From Paraphysomonas bandaiensis (Eukaryota > Protista > Chrysophyceae): a DNA stretch of 64,000 bases. This document shows, piece after piece, positions 51,584 to 63,990 of the stretch. The position numbers were made by a program, and so were the translations under genes. The notes beneath the pieces were generated by a model. It did not search any database and was not told the DNA's origin. It saw nothing but the letters and a program-made list of their open reading frames with translations. The stretch spans positions 1 to 64,000 of the forward strand of contig CBFFRP010000012.1 of assembly GCA_965644295.1 (NCBI GenBank), read 5' to 3'. Position 1 is the first letter of the stretch; each line of letters starts with the position of its first letter.

Positions 51584-52754
51584 AACATGCTTGTGCCTCT
51601 CGTATCATACACATAGCACTAGCAGAGATTGATTGTGTTGTATATAAATGTGGTGATGATGCCAATTATGCAAAGAAGTAGCCTCTCGTACGACTACATT
51701 ATTATTTCACATTCATCACACTTATGCATGAATTTCAATACCTCGCAGTCGCTATATTCCCTCGGCACCCTTATGGGTAGGGATATAATTGTTGTAGGTA
51801 TATCACTGAGATTAGTGAATTTATTGTTTTGAGTATTACAACTGCCATTCCCATATTATGTAGTTGCCACAATACTTTAATTTTCATTTCTTTTTTAATA
51901 TTAATCAGGCAACACCTATATCCTCTTACAGCATAAAACAAGGTACAAGTAGCTAGACATTTTAGATATTAAGTTTTCATCATCATGAGGGTGCCTAGAA
52001 TTTAATCTAGGGACAAGGAGTATCGTCCCTCCTTGTTGTCCAAATTTAAAACTCGGGCTTTTCAAAGTTTTCAAAAATTTTGAGCACGGGACGATATAGT
52101 AGACTCCTAATTACCCGTGGTTAAATAATATAACTCTATCCTCAATATATATATATATTAAAAACCTAATATATATTATGTCTAGAATGTATATATTTTT
52201 ATATCTATTTGTAGCTCTTGTTTTTGATGTAAGAGAGGCAATACGTGTTGTTCTGTAAACAAGAAAACTCAAAGTATTGTTTCAAATCAATGATGTCTAT
52301 ACATACGCTTACGATATCCTACTTTGCCATAAACTTGCATTCATTTCGTTTTACTACTGTAATAATATTATATTCATCGTCATGATATATTAATTCTCAT
52401 AATGCAGTTAACCACAACTGTATATTATACTCCTAGTAACGGTTATAATTTAAAATACCTTGTAACTACGGGTTTCAATTTCGCTCATATAGCAGAACTC
52501 AACATTATCGATAAATAAAATAATCTACATGTTTTTTTGGTGCTATTCTCAGTCGTTTCGTAGAGAATGTTTTACTAGTAGCATATAATATATAGGTGTT
52601 TACGCCTCAGTGCTTAACTCTGATATTTCGAACCCTTGAAAGAATCTTTCATAGGTACACATATTATAGAGTAGCAACATATTTACTAAAAGTCAGACAT
52701 TCACAACTGACAATTAATTTACGTTAACACTACAAAATCTTTCAATACTATACC

Positions 52755-53530
52755 CTACTATTTAACGCTACGAAAGCTGCTTGTGCGTCACCGCAAGCAC
52801 CAGGGTGCAACCACGTGTTGAGTTCTACATTTGAGAGAAATTGAAAGCTGTAGTTCAAAGATATTTGACTTATGATTGTTAAAAGAAGAATACAGAAGTG
52901 GTTAACTGTATTATGAGAACTAATATCATAATAGCAATCACAGTAGTGAAACTGAAATGTATTGACCGTATAAGACCGCGATATCTAAGATTGTATGGAA
53001 ATGGTTGATAGTTGAGACATGAATTTGGCAATTGACAAGTGATATTGAACTTAAGTTTATTATATTATTATGTTACTATATGTATCAGCATAGAGTAAAA
53101 GTATTGTTCAGTTATGTCAATTTCCATAACTCCGCTCTATCACTCGAAGCAAACGTAGTGAGCAAAGAGAGTGTTGATTCCTGACATCTGCTGACTTCAG
53201 GATTTTTGAGTCCTTAAGGTTTATGGTGAACGGCCTGGATGCTTCACCTCAAGGGTATCCAGGGTATTGGGCTGCCTGCCAAAGTCAAGCATCCGGGCTG
53301 TTCACCTAAGAAAGGCATCTTGGTGCTTGCGGTGACGCACAAGCAGCTTTCGTGCTTTCGTAGCGTCAAATAGTATGATATGATCAGAGTTAAGCATCAG
53401 TTAGTTAAATTGTTTCACTACATTAGTTCTGACCTTACACGCCTATTGCTAATAATCAGAGATTCACTACATGGTAGTTACCCCCCAGAATACCACCACA
53501 AAAAGGTGCGAGTCCGACTTTGTTGAGGGA
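52755..53530. mobile_element. Cluster of rearranged retroposon modules in both orientations
   Basis: 3' module reversed 52755-52813, body 53130-53310 with internal inversion, 3' module 53317-53470, half ribozyme on the minus strand 53481-53530. Confidence 0.7.
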
Positions 53531-54035
53531 TTATTTACGTATCTGGGGAGAATTTTGCAATGATGCCAACGCACAAATTACATAATTACTTAAAAAGGGT
53601 GAGCACTTTTCAAATATTTGAGTTTATCTTGAAAAATAAATCGGTAATATTATACAAGAATACATCCTATTCACTTCTCAACATACCAAGGTTATATGTT
53701 CCACCAATGCTTCAACAAGACCACCAATTTCATGATAACGGTGTCTAAAGACGTACTTCCCCACAAAGAAGCTCTAAAGCTATTAAACCTTCTGCAATAC
53801 GGAAGTGTTGGCTAAGAAATCTATATTCTAGCTATCGACAGTAAAGTAATTCGCGAAACACCAGTCGATTCGGTACTGCACATAACTAGGAAGGGCTACG
53901 AGCAGTTTCAAACACACTGTAAACATAAACTACAACCAGCAAAATAGGTATAAACGCACATTCAGTGCGAACACGACAACTGCAAGAGTAACACGTCCTC
54001 TCCTCCCACGCATTTTTGATGGTCTGTTAATGAGG

Positions 54036-55142
54036 TCAAAGCGTACCGTCCAGAATATCCTTGCCACTCTTTGTAATATCCCAATTATCCATGTATGAAC
54101 TGATATTGTCACCATATCTGGTGATCTCTCTCTCCAATGCATCCTCGTCCATGTCTTCACAGAGTCGGTAGTAGTCAAGAGACGAATGAAGGCTTTCTGA
54201 TAATTCGCTCACTCTGATGTCGGACTGGCCATCCTCTTCGTCATCAGATTTCGCAAGAGACAAAGGAGTAGTAAGCGAAGTCGCAGTTGTCGTTTCCTTT
54301 CGATTCCTTCCTTTCTGGCAGTATGCCCAGGCTAAAAAATCCATCACACATGACCATAGCATAGCGCAGGATCCCTTCTGAATGTACAAAAACACGACAA
54401 AGTAGCCCAGACCTACACAAGGAGAGGTGATCGCACTACAGAATACAGATATGATGTGAATAGTAGACGGACTATTTACGTGCTTAAAGTCTTGCAAAGT
54501 ATTGCCTGTTTGTAGATTGTACCAAATCGATCCGAAACGGGAAGCAGCCTGTACAATAGGATAAAGAGCGAGACGATTGGCAAGAACAGAGATTGGACCA
54601 TTGACACGGTCAGGACCTGTGACGACAATTTTCATTCTACTGAGCTGATATTGAACAACGATAAAAGACGTGACGTTAAATAATATAGAGGCCATGGAGA
54701 GGAAGTAATACACTTGAAATGAAACAGATTGGGCATCGGGAACGAACATAAAACAGTAGCCATTGACAGACGCAATCAGTATGACAAAGCAGCTAATGAA
54801 GAAGTAATACTTTTCGAGTGGAAATATCTTCTTTTTCACAACAACATGTAACACCATAAATACCATGACATTGGACCAAAATGCAGCAGACAGTCCGCAC
54901 AGCACGCACCCCACTCCACGTATCTTTTCACACACAGTATCACTTTCGTTACAGAAATAGAGAACCAAAGAGCAATCGTAACCGATTTCAAACAGAGTCA
55001 TAGCAATCATGATTGTTCTATACGCATTTTGTGGAAGGCGTAGCCACCATATGAGCAGTATGGTCAGTATGCCCAGACATGTATTAAGTACTGCAAGTAT
55101 TCCTATGACTAGAATTACTGCAGGAAAATACGCATTTGTCAT
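54036..55142 (-). CDS. 7-TM receptor, cAMP-receptor/Git3-like GPCR
   Basis: Seven hydrophobic segments; C before TM3, SAAFWSNV, LEKYY, RLALYPIVQ, GLGYFVVFL; acidic tail. Confidence 0.75.
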   Translation of the reverse strand: MTNAYFPAVILVIGILAVLNTCLGILTILLIWWLRLPQNAYRTIMIAMTLFEIGYDCSLVLYFCNESDTVCEKIRGVGCVLCGLSAAFWSNVMVFMVLHVVVKKKIFPLEKYYFFISCFVILIASVNGYCFMFVPDAQSVSFQVYYFLSMASILFNVTSFIVVQYQLSRMKIVVTGPDRVNGPISVLANRLALYPIVQAASRFGSIWYNLQTGNTLQDFKHVNSPSTIHIISVFCSAITSPCVGLGYFVVFLYIQKGSCAMLWSCVMDFLAWAYCQKGRNRKETTTATSLTTPLSLAKSDDEEDGQSDIRVSELSESLHSSLDYYRLCEDMDEDALEREITRYGDNISSYMDNWDITKSGKDILDGTL

Positions 55143-55728
55143 GACCAACAATAAAATGAGAGTCGCGGACCCAAGCTATACATACGCCATTTATATCTAG
55201 GATGATTATGATGCACGCAGCCAGTCTTTGTGCCATGTCTGATGTGCTTGTGTACCAGCCTGGTGTATTTGTACAGAGTATTATCTCTGCTGCAGTCTCT
55301 GGGCAAAAATAAATACCCCGCTTTCGAGATTTTTTCCCCAAATTCTGGAAATTTTGACTATGGATTGTGTCGTAAAGTCATAAACTTTACGAACGATTTT
55401 GGTCACTCACCATAAAACTTCAGCCGGGGAGCATATACACAGTAGGATTCCTACCATCACATCCCTGGTGCTCTACACGGCATATACAGCAGTACCAGCG
55501 GTGTATAACCTCCTATCTCTTTGTAGCTATGCAAGTATAGCATAACCTACTCCTGTGAGCAGGATGAGCGATGGGGCAGGCTATTTGAGGCAACTCTGAA
55601 CACTTGTTGGTATATACATCATATGCAACAATATATTAGTATCTCTCATTTAATGCTTGTCCTTGTACATGTAACAGGGCGTTACTTCTTCTGAGTAATC
55701 ATATTCCACCTTTTGTTAAGTACATTTC

Positions 55729-56988
55729 ATGACGTTTCGAGCTGTATTCGTCCTTGTTGTTCTCTCCGCAGAGGTGGTGGCACGAAACGTTACATGCAGG
55801 AAACCAAGTACATCTGCTGAATCGTTAATTCAGAGTCGTAAAGTAAACGAGAAGTTTTTAAAGTATTCATGCTCCCCCTCATCTAAAGTCGATCACCACC
55901 TCTGCCCACAGGGTACGGGAATCGGAAATATATTCGAAATATACCCTGCGTTATATACGTTTGCTTTATTGGATGGGCGTAGCATTGTGATAGGGGATTC
56001 CAGCGAAATTGGTATGTTTTGCCAAGTTTTAAATTGTGGCTTTCCTTTTGCTTCGGAGGTAGAGTCTAGTTTCCCTGTCTTGAAGAACAAATCGCACCTT
56101 CGCCATGGGCACGCTTTTTTTTCGAAGTATTTTCAAGATGCCACGATGGAAGACGAGAGTGTGCTACTTCCATCCGGGCTCTCGACAGTCGCAAGTAACT
56201 GGTATCAATACACGGGACAGAACGCTACTCGTAGCTGCATTGAAAGTATTACAGGGTGCGCCTTTGGGAGTGTAGGGTGCGTAGAGCGATATGCTTATCG
56301 TCAGCTTTTCCCTGGAGGTTTACGCCAAAATGTGGAGCCAAGTGAAGTCCATGGTCTATCCGAAGGTGAGTATAAAGCCTTCCTCACTCAGCCATACGAC
56401 AGTGTGAGACGGTTCGATGCAACTATTCACATCAGAGCTCAAATGGCGCATTTAGAGACCAAAAATGAAAGGGCAACTGTCGACATTGCAGATGCAGTGC
56501 AGTATTATGCTACAGTCATATTCCCGGCATTCAGTGATAAATTGACAGATTACTTCTATAAATCCCCAGATACGAAGGACTCCTGGAGGGCGCTCTCGAA
56601 TGCCTCATTAAGCGACCCTCCAAGAGTATTCATATCTTGCGATGACGTAGTATTAAAAACCGCATTGGTGAGTTTACTTCACCGTCGGCCAGTAGAGTAC
56701 CCTATCATACCAGTATATGTAAATGGATCAAGAATAGTACATATGAAGTATCATAATACTCTCAAAGGGACCGTCACAGTCGACCAGTCGGTTGTTGATA
56801 CAGCGTTTGATTGGTATGCGATGAGCCTTGGAAATGTTTTGTTTGCCTACAGAAAAGGCGCAACGAAAATGTTCAGTACCTTTGCTCAGACAGCTATGAG
56901 AGTTAGTTTAGAGAATAGAAAAACAGGGAAGATTTTCATGCTCACGTCTCATAACAAGTGGAGGGCTGTGTGGGATTGGCCAGAATGA
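55729..56988 (+). CDS. Secreted/Golgi fucosyltransferase-superfamily protein (alpha-1,2/alpha-1,6/NodZ-like)
   Basis: Signal peptide; GTGIGN; IHIR (motif I); VFISCDD (motif II); DWYAMSLG...STF (motif III). Confidence 0.7.
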   Translation: MTFRAVFVLVVLSAEVVARNVTCRKPSTSAESLIQSRKVNEKFLKYSCSPSSKVDHHLCPQGTGIGNIFEIYPALYTFALLDGRSIVIGDSSEIGMFCQVLNCGFPFASEVESSFPVLKNKSHLRHGHAFFSKYFQDATMEDESVLLPSGLSTVASNWYQYTGQNATRSCIESITGCAFGSVGCVERYAYRQLFPGGLRQNVEPSEVHGLSEGEYKAFLTQPYDSVRRFDATIHIRAQMAHLETKNERATVDIADAVQYYATVIFPAFSDKLTDYFYKSPDTKDSWRALSNASLSDPPRVFISCDDVVLKTALVSLLHRRPVEYPIIPVYVNGSRIVHMKYHNTLKGTVTVDQSVVDTAFDWYAMSLGNVLFAYRKGATKMFSTFAQTAMRVSLENRKTGKIFMLTSHNKWRAVWDWPE

Positions 56989-57875
56989 GAATTTTTGTGT
57001 GAAGTTGTAGTGGTTGAAGATAGAGAGTGATGCAAGTAGGAATAAAAATTAGAAGTCTACTTACTTGTGTGGAAGTGAAAAAATGCTATTGCTCAGTCGT
57101 TGGCTGTACATTAAAATTGTAAAGTTATGTCACCAAACACACTTTTTGAGTTTTGAGATATATTGCTAGTCCAGTATAAATTTGAACAAATAACAGAATC
57201 CTGAGTGTTTTCATTCCTTCTACTGCAACTCTATGATCACTACTTGAATGTATACCACGCATACCAGAGTATTAAGCCACATATTCCGTACTCGCGATAT
57301 ATATGATTTCTGATGCCACGCTATTCGTAAAAAATTAAAATGGAATGTGTTGAGTTCTGCAATATATATTATGATGTGATATATATTGTGCAATTGAAGT
57401 GAGTTAATAGTGTGCAATAGGTGAAGTCAACTCATAGGTGTAACGGGTGATTATAGTTACAAAGGAATTAAATTCAGTTACTGATGTGTGACTATACAAG
57501 ATATGGAACTGACTGATGAACATATGATGATAAACAGGTGTTGCTGAGAACAGATGTTTCAACATATGTTACACGAATATGCAGTGAAGTGTTCAGAATA
57601 ATAATTAAAATTTCTTACTTGAAAGTGCATTGTGTTCAACATAGCAAGATTAAGGTTTACGTGTAGAGCAAAGTTAACTTCAGTGAAATGTCCAATTCTA
57701 ACAGAATTACTCTTTTATATGGACCTGTAGTGTAGTGTCCAGATCGTCGGAAACAGGGCATACTAACAGTTGGTCAACTGCATTCACGGCATTAAGCGTT
57801 GGCTCGAATATTTGTTGTTGTATCGAAGAATGTCTACCTCTCTCCAATCCATCAGTGGCAGTATTTCAAGTAGTA

Positions 57876-58341
57876 GTGAATGTCTGGCAATAGGCGTGTA
57901 AAACAATTTAACTAACTGGTACTTAACTCTGATAATATCATACTATTTAACGCAACAAAAGCTGCTTGTGCGTCACTTCAAGCACCATGGTGCAACCTAT
58001 TTCGCTCTCTGTCCTAAAAAGGTGAACTGGGCCCGGATGCCCCTGCTGAGTTGGACCCATTCCTGGATGTTTGAATTCAGTAGTAGGTAGCTCAATAGCC
58101 GGATACCCTACAGGTGGACCCATTCCAGGATACCTGTTTATTCATCAAGGCCCAATCAGGGCTACACAAGTGATATACTAATTAGTGTCCCTTGTACTTC
58201 ACAACAAGCATTAGGCTATGAGTGAGCAGAGCAATATCTGCGGACTATATATGCGACTCACGATAGTTTCCCGGAGAAATATCTCCGGTACTTATTCCCC
58301 TTAACACCACGAAAAGGTGCGAGTTCGACTTTGTTGAGGGA
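57876..58341 (-). mobile_element. Short full-length retroposon copy with ribozyme head
   Basis: TCCCTCAAC... to ...CAGACATTCAC(TACTAC); no clear TSD. Confidence 0.82.
58254..58340 (-). ncRNA. HDV-like ribozyme fold, second complete copy
   Basis: P1 CCCUCAAC/GUUAAGGG, P2 CGA(A)CUCGC/GUGAGUCG (compensatory relative to the 23176 copy), same P3/L3/P4, J4/2 CUAUC. Confidence 0.7.
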
Positions 58342-59589
58342 GTAAAGAGTTTACTGAAATTCAGGCAGATCCAATACACAACAACGGGTGCATGACTGAA
58401 TCTCTATTCAACCACAGAATAGCTTTCCAAGAGATAATATATATATTATTATGTCCTTGATGCAGGACGAGAATTACCCCAAAATATAGGCTCGTCTTAA
58501 AACATTATTTATAGGGCGTTGTAGACATCATCTTTCAGCTTAGAAATATTGCATCGCCCTTGTAATCAACACTCACGGCTCTGACACCCCACAAGTATCA
58601 ACACTTACTCATAGTCTACACAACAAGAGGAAGAGGGCAAAGAAGACAGCCTCTACTCAACATCCATACAACTGACACATGCTACGATGGGAACCCGAAA
58701 TACATAATCTACTGCACAGGGCACCCACAAGAGTCTCTCGTGAAATATAATCAACCCTTAAATAAGGACGAATCCAATTTTAAGAGCCGCCCAGCTAACT
58801 AAAAAGCAAAGACAATTATAGGGGGATTATTTACGTCTTGGTGCTTGTATAATTATACAAATAGCTGTCGTAGCATGATATATTGAAGCTGAGAAGAGGA
58901 CAAATTCACACTACACTGACTGTTAATGCTGCAATTACTATTTACTGGTATCATACTTTCAATATAATAAAATCAAATAATAAGTTATAGGGTACTGTCA
59001 AAATCATGGCAACCCCTGCCTCTGGTCTCTAGTAGTTGTGTGCCGAATGTATGATGAGAGGTCCACGTGAATGTGAGATGAGTGGTCTAAAAGGAGATAC
59101 CCACGGGACAGACATGTGAAGCACCCGTTGCCCAGTTCATAACATCGAATGGAATTTACTCATGGAGAGTGCACGAAATAAGCTGTTGTTGCTAATATGA
59201 TGGTGTAGTTTGAGCTTGTTCACGCTCTTAGTAAGAGTACATCAAAGTCTTGTGCTTATTATGTCTTCCTAAACAATCTTGTGCCTATCCTAGATATCCT
59301 CATTTTTATACTTCGTATACAACAAGGTATTGTGATAATGTGAGATTGACTGAGAAGCATATAAGGAACAAGTCTGAAGGATATAAGATGCTGTATCAGA
59401 TATGGTAAAAAATTGTTGTAAATTGTTCGGTTTTGTAAAATAGCAGTTCTATTTTGGATGTGAGTACCTGAGAAATAAGTAACTGTGCCACAAAAGCAAG
59501 TATAAAGTTTAAATACTTTAAGCTTTAATATATTCAATTTTCGCCAAGTGTTCATACGATCTTAGTTTTACTATCTACTATTTGGGCCG

Positions 59590-60308
59590 GGGGAAGACAA
59601 TTCAACCTAGTCAAGTTGGTGGCATTTTGCAGTAAATACATACGTAATCAAAGTATTAAATTATTCAACTTAGACAATATTAGTTGTAAATTAGTGGTTA
59701 TTTTATTCCTTGACTACACATTGTGACTGTTAAAGATACTTAAACCATACAAAATTAATGATTTGGAGATCATTAGAGAACAAACATTGCAACATAACAA
59801 ATAATTTATATACTCATATATACTTAACAATGTGTGTATGTATCTATCTATATAGCTCACTAGTATATAACGATGAATCCCTTAAGTTAGTGTTGTTATG
59901 AGAATGTATAAATAGTCAATAAACTGTCGACATAACTCCATGAGTCTGCGGAACATCTCTCGATCTTCGGATGCAATGAGTGAAAGCGCTTATCCTCATT
60001 AACCTCTCAATAAACGAATTCGTTGACTACAATTCACATTAATTGTAAAACGGAAATGTTATGTATTGCATGTATACGATGTCTGCATCTATGACATGCC
60101 GGGTAGAGTACGTTATCATGTGTGAATGATATATTAATTTCGCGTCGGTGAATACCATAATACCATGGACCATGAAACCTAGTCATTGTTGAACTCAAAT
60201 TCGTAATTATTTAATGACTAGGTTTTCAACCACTTCACTAAGTTTTACACCAAAATTGGTGTGACTAGGAAGTTCCATCAATTTGACTTTGTCGAATAAT
60301 AAATCCCG
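59590..60308. mobile_element. Degenerate MULE-like MITE
   Basis: Imperfect TIRs ggggaagacaattcaacctagtcaa / ttgactttgtcgaataataaatccc; possible decayed 9-bp TSD tttgggccg/cttgcgtcg. Confidence 0.45.
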
Positions 60309-60597
60309 CTTGCGTCGTTATCGTGTTTGTGGGCACTAACTAGCCAGGACATTCCTCGTACAGATCTTTTTACCTGCAAGCCAATTTGAGTGGGTATATT
60401 CTTGAATTCTCTTTCTCAATCCATATTTATAAATATCTCGTTTACGTTATTCCGTGTAAAACAAGTAGAGCATACGTGATTAGAAATATTACGCAGCTAT
60501 GGTACATCTATACAACATGTACACGTGCACACAAACAAATTTACCATAATTTAAATACAACGATACCCCGTAAAGAAGTAATGCGAAATTAGAATCC

Positions 60598-61131
60598 CTA
60601 CCCATGCTCTGATGGAACATCCGATATAACTTCATATAGTTCATCAGAAACAGACTTACAACCTATTACTGACTCCTGCTGTGACACTCCTACACCCATA
60701 ATTTCTTTGAACTTCTCGTGAGTTATTCCATCTTTTCTGGAACCTACCGCACTTAACATGTTTTCTACATCCTGGTCAGACACCTTCTCACCAACACTAA
60801 TCATGATTCGCCTCAACTCCGGTATAGATATCATTCCCGCCTGTAGCTTGCCGTAATTGCGGAGAAATTCAGATGTGTGACCCTTCTGGCCCATGTTTTT
60901 CTTTTTATTCCCCACCATAGCTAAAAACTCGTTCTTTTCAATAGTTCCATTTCCGTTTTTATCAATCTCACTAATCATCAGGGCCAACTCCTCTTTGGTG
61001 GGATTCTGGCCCAGTTGCCTCATCACATGCCCAATCTCTTCTTCAGTGATGCGGCCATCTCCATCACTATCGAACAACTCAAATGCAGCACTGTACTCAA
61101 GTTTGTCCTCCTCACTCAATAGGTGGGCCAT
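60598..61131 (-). CDS. Calmodulin-like EF-hand protein with degenerate C-lobe
   Basis: AFELFDSDGDGRITEEE, MRQLGQNPT, EIDKNGNGTIEKNEF; EF3 and EF4 lack canonical ligands. Confidence 0.85.
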   Translation of the reverse strand: MAHLLSEEDKLEYSAAFELFDSDGDGRITEEEIGHVMRQLGQNPTKEELALMISEIDKNGNGTIEKNEFLAMVGNKKKNMGQKGHTSEFLRNYGKLQAGMISIPELRRIMISVGEKVSDQDVENMLSAVGSRKDGITHEKFKEIMGVGVSQQESVIGCKSVSDELYEVISDVPSEHG

Positions 61132-61585
61132 CCTGCATGAGAAAATTATAATGCATAGAATAGACCTAATACAGAGACATACTGCATATGTACCTATATA
61201 AAGATCTGATTATTACTGCATATGTACCTACCTACCTACCTACATCCTGTACACAGGTACAAACATACATGCATACCTACCTAGATACGTACTGGTGTAC
61301 ATTCATATGCTGCCGCTGTTGTCTGTGACCTGTGACACATTTGAAAAAATGCATAATATGCGCTGCGCGCTGCACCATATGTATGCCACAACGTTCAACC
61401 TGCAGTGCGTCAACCCATGACAATCAGAGATGCGTTGGTAGCGGCCTGTATGCCAATGTTGCGTTCAACTTAGTTGAAGGGTGTTGGCCAGTTCTCTCAA
61501 CAGTGCTCTGCTCCTCAGGGGATTGTACCATGAATTAGCGAGAATAGTCAGGGGCATATTGTGAGTAGTTTTTGTTTATTTAACT

Positions 61586-62950
61586 ATGAGTACGGAGCAC
61601 AGCGACAGTGATGTATGCTGTGGAGTATGGAATAGTCAGCGTAAATCACTTGATAAGAGTGACCAGGATCCTACAAGCCGTTTATCAAACATGGGGTTCG
61701 GTAGAACCGACAATTTAAATATTTTGACCGAGCGGGGGGTGTGCTGGTTTCATACTCCTGATGAGAATTGGAGTATTTCGTACTACTTCTCCACACGAGG
61801 CCAAGATAGCTTACATATCTACCTTTGGCTCTTGAAAGATTTATCATGGGTACAGGCGTGGTATGTCAGTGGACATGTATTCGGTGCCCTGACTATTACG
61901 TGGGCAATATACATGATAATCAAGGCTATCCGTAGCCGAAGTGCAGAAGAAATATTTGTCTCTGTCTCTCAGTTTTTGTGGTTATTTGGTAACTTCTGGT
62001 GGATGTTGGGTGAGCTACATGACTCTAAATTCCCTAACGAAGCTCCTTGGTACGATCAATATGCATATGAAGCCGGGTGTGTCGTATCTGCGGCACTTGC
62101 AGTGATATCACTCTATTACTTTATACTGAAGCCTTTGGGCATATTCCCCGTGGACGCTATAACGGATGCGGAATATGATAGTCCGAACCTCGTTTGTCGA
62201 TTTCCAGGGCTCTTCAAATCTTGGCGAGAGTATGAGAACATCCATATTCTCTTCTGGGCTGGCAAGGATTTAGCGTGGAATCTGGAGATATTGGTGATGT
62301 GGTGCGTTTTCGCGGTTCCGACTTTCTTCATTGCGCTAGACTTTGTGTTTGTTTCTCTTTGGGTAAAACGTGGCCTCATCGACCACTCCCATTACTGTGC
62401 GCAATTTTTGTGGGTCATTGCTAACGCTGTATGGGCCTTTGGAGAATTTATTCTCACCCCTGACCATGACGAACCTATAGGTACGGGATATTCATACTTT
62501 ATACCTACTATATATATCAATTGAATAATGTGTATTCTGATGGTAAGATCCCTGTTAAGTGAACGATGTAAATGTATGCTGTATTTGTCCGCGATTTGTG
62601 ATTAGTGTTTCATAGAGATTGAAAAATTCAATCGTGAAGCTAGACTCACGTCGCGATGGTACTCCTCCTGGGCGGTAACTTTTGCTTTTGTTCCACTAGT
62701 GGTGCTGTATTTTGTGTGGATTCCCGCCACATTAATGGGCTGGATCGAGACACCGGCAGATGTGTGTCGCTTATCAATGACAGTATCGGGATTGCCTATG
62801 TGCAAGAAGGATGAGGTTGGCGTCAGTGAGGTTGAATTGCGTAGCACGCAGCCTCCAGCTACTTCCAACCCCATGATAGACAATTTCCATAGCTCTGGAG
62901 AATTGAGTTCGAATGCGTCTCGTGTAGACCGTGCGGAAACTGGCACATAG
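61586..62950 (+). CDS. Multi-pass membrane protein of unknown function with internal duplication, 2 exons
   Basis: HIYLWLLKDLSW / HILFWAGKDLAW and QFLWLFGNFWWMLGE / QFLWVIANAVWAFGE. Exons 61586-62480 and 62616-62950. Confidence 0.8.
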
Positions 62951-63500
62951 CGATACTGTATTCACGTTTGTATTCATGGCAATGTAGAAATGACAGAATG
63001 AAAATTTTATTTTATGTGAGGTACATGAAATAAAGTACTGACGTGAATAATCAGGGCTGAACTATGTGCAAAGCTGAGAGCAATGCTCTCGCCTTCCACA
63101 TACACCGGCACTGCGCTTAGAGTAACACGAAACCAGTTATTAATAACATTTTGGACTGAACTATAATTGGAACAGCTTTCCTACATGCGTCCTTATCGTC
63201 TACAACACGTAAGAGTTGACGAACAACGTATACGTAATTGTAAAATACGTATATGAAGTGAGAAGCAATATAATTGTTAATTTTGACGCAATATTGTGTT
63301 ATTAAACTGACAAAATGTTGCCAAGACGCTCTCATACGAGTCAGAACATTGACGACTGCATATTCATTTATACTACTGTATATTGCAGTATTTTACACCC
63401 CAATCATTCCCCCTTTGAATCCTTGCAATATGAAAAGGAATAAGAAAATCAATTCTAATTCAAAACATCAAACTTCAAAGTAAAAAACACACGGAAAGCC

Positions 63501-63990
63501 TCCCTCAACAAAGTCGGACTTGCACCTTTTCGTGGTGTTCTGGAGGATAAGTACCAGAGAGCCACAAACATAGTCAGCAGACATTCTTCTGTCCACTCAT
63601 AGCAGAATGCTTGTGTGGTACAAGGGACACCAATAAGTGTCACTTATGTAGACGTCTTTGGGCCCTGACGAATAAACAGGTATCCGGGAATGGGCCCACC
63701 TCAAGGGCGTCCGGGACAGGACCCACCTGAAGGGTAGCCAAGGTATTGGGCTGCCTGCTGAAGTCAAGCATCCGGGATGTTCACCGTAAGAACTCAGAGC
63801 GGAAGTGGTCGCACCTTGGTGCTTGCTGCGGCGACGCACAAGCAGTTCTCGTCGCGTTAAATAGTAGGATAAAAAAAGTGTGTACTGATTAGATACAGGT
63901 AGAGGTCTAACTAGTTTGTCTAGCATTCATATAGCTACTATAAGTTGGTTCAGGTTTTTAACGCCAATTGCTAATAATAAGACTTTCAAT
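63501..63990 (+). mobile_element. Short full-length retroposon copy (ribozyme P4/J4-2 deleted)
   Basis: TCCCTCAAC...GACTTTCAAT flanked by acacggaaag(cc) at 63489-63500 and 63991-64000 (cut by the window end). Confidence 0.88.

Noticed and set aside
58315-58332. tRNA B-box-like GAGTTCGACT
   Set aside because: Present in one copy only, antisense to the element, and no A box or cloverleaf.
63501-63990. Family as IS200/IS605 or Fanzor omega-RNA 'ghost' elements (TTCAA/TTCAC end, AACGCCT motif)
   Set aside because: 12-13-bp and 139-bp TSDs, 5' truncation and an HDV-like head fit target-primed retroposition better, and there is no TnpB/Fanzor ORF in the window.
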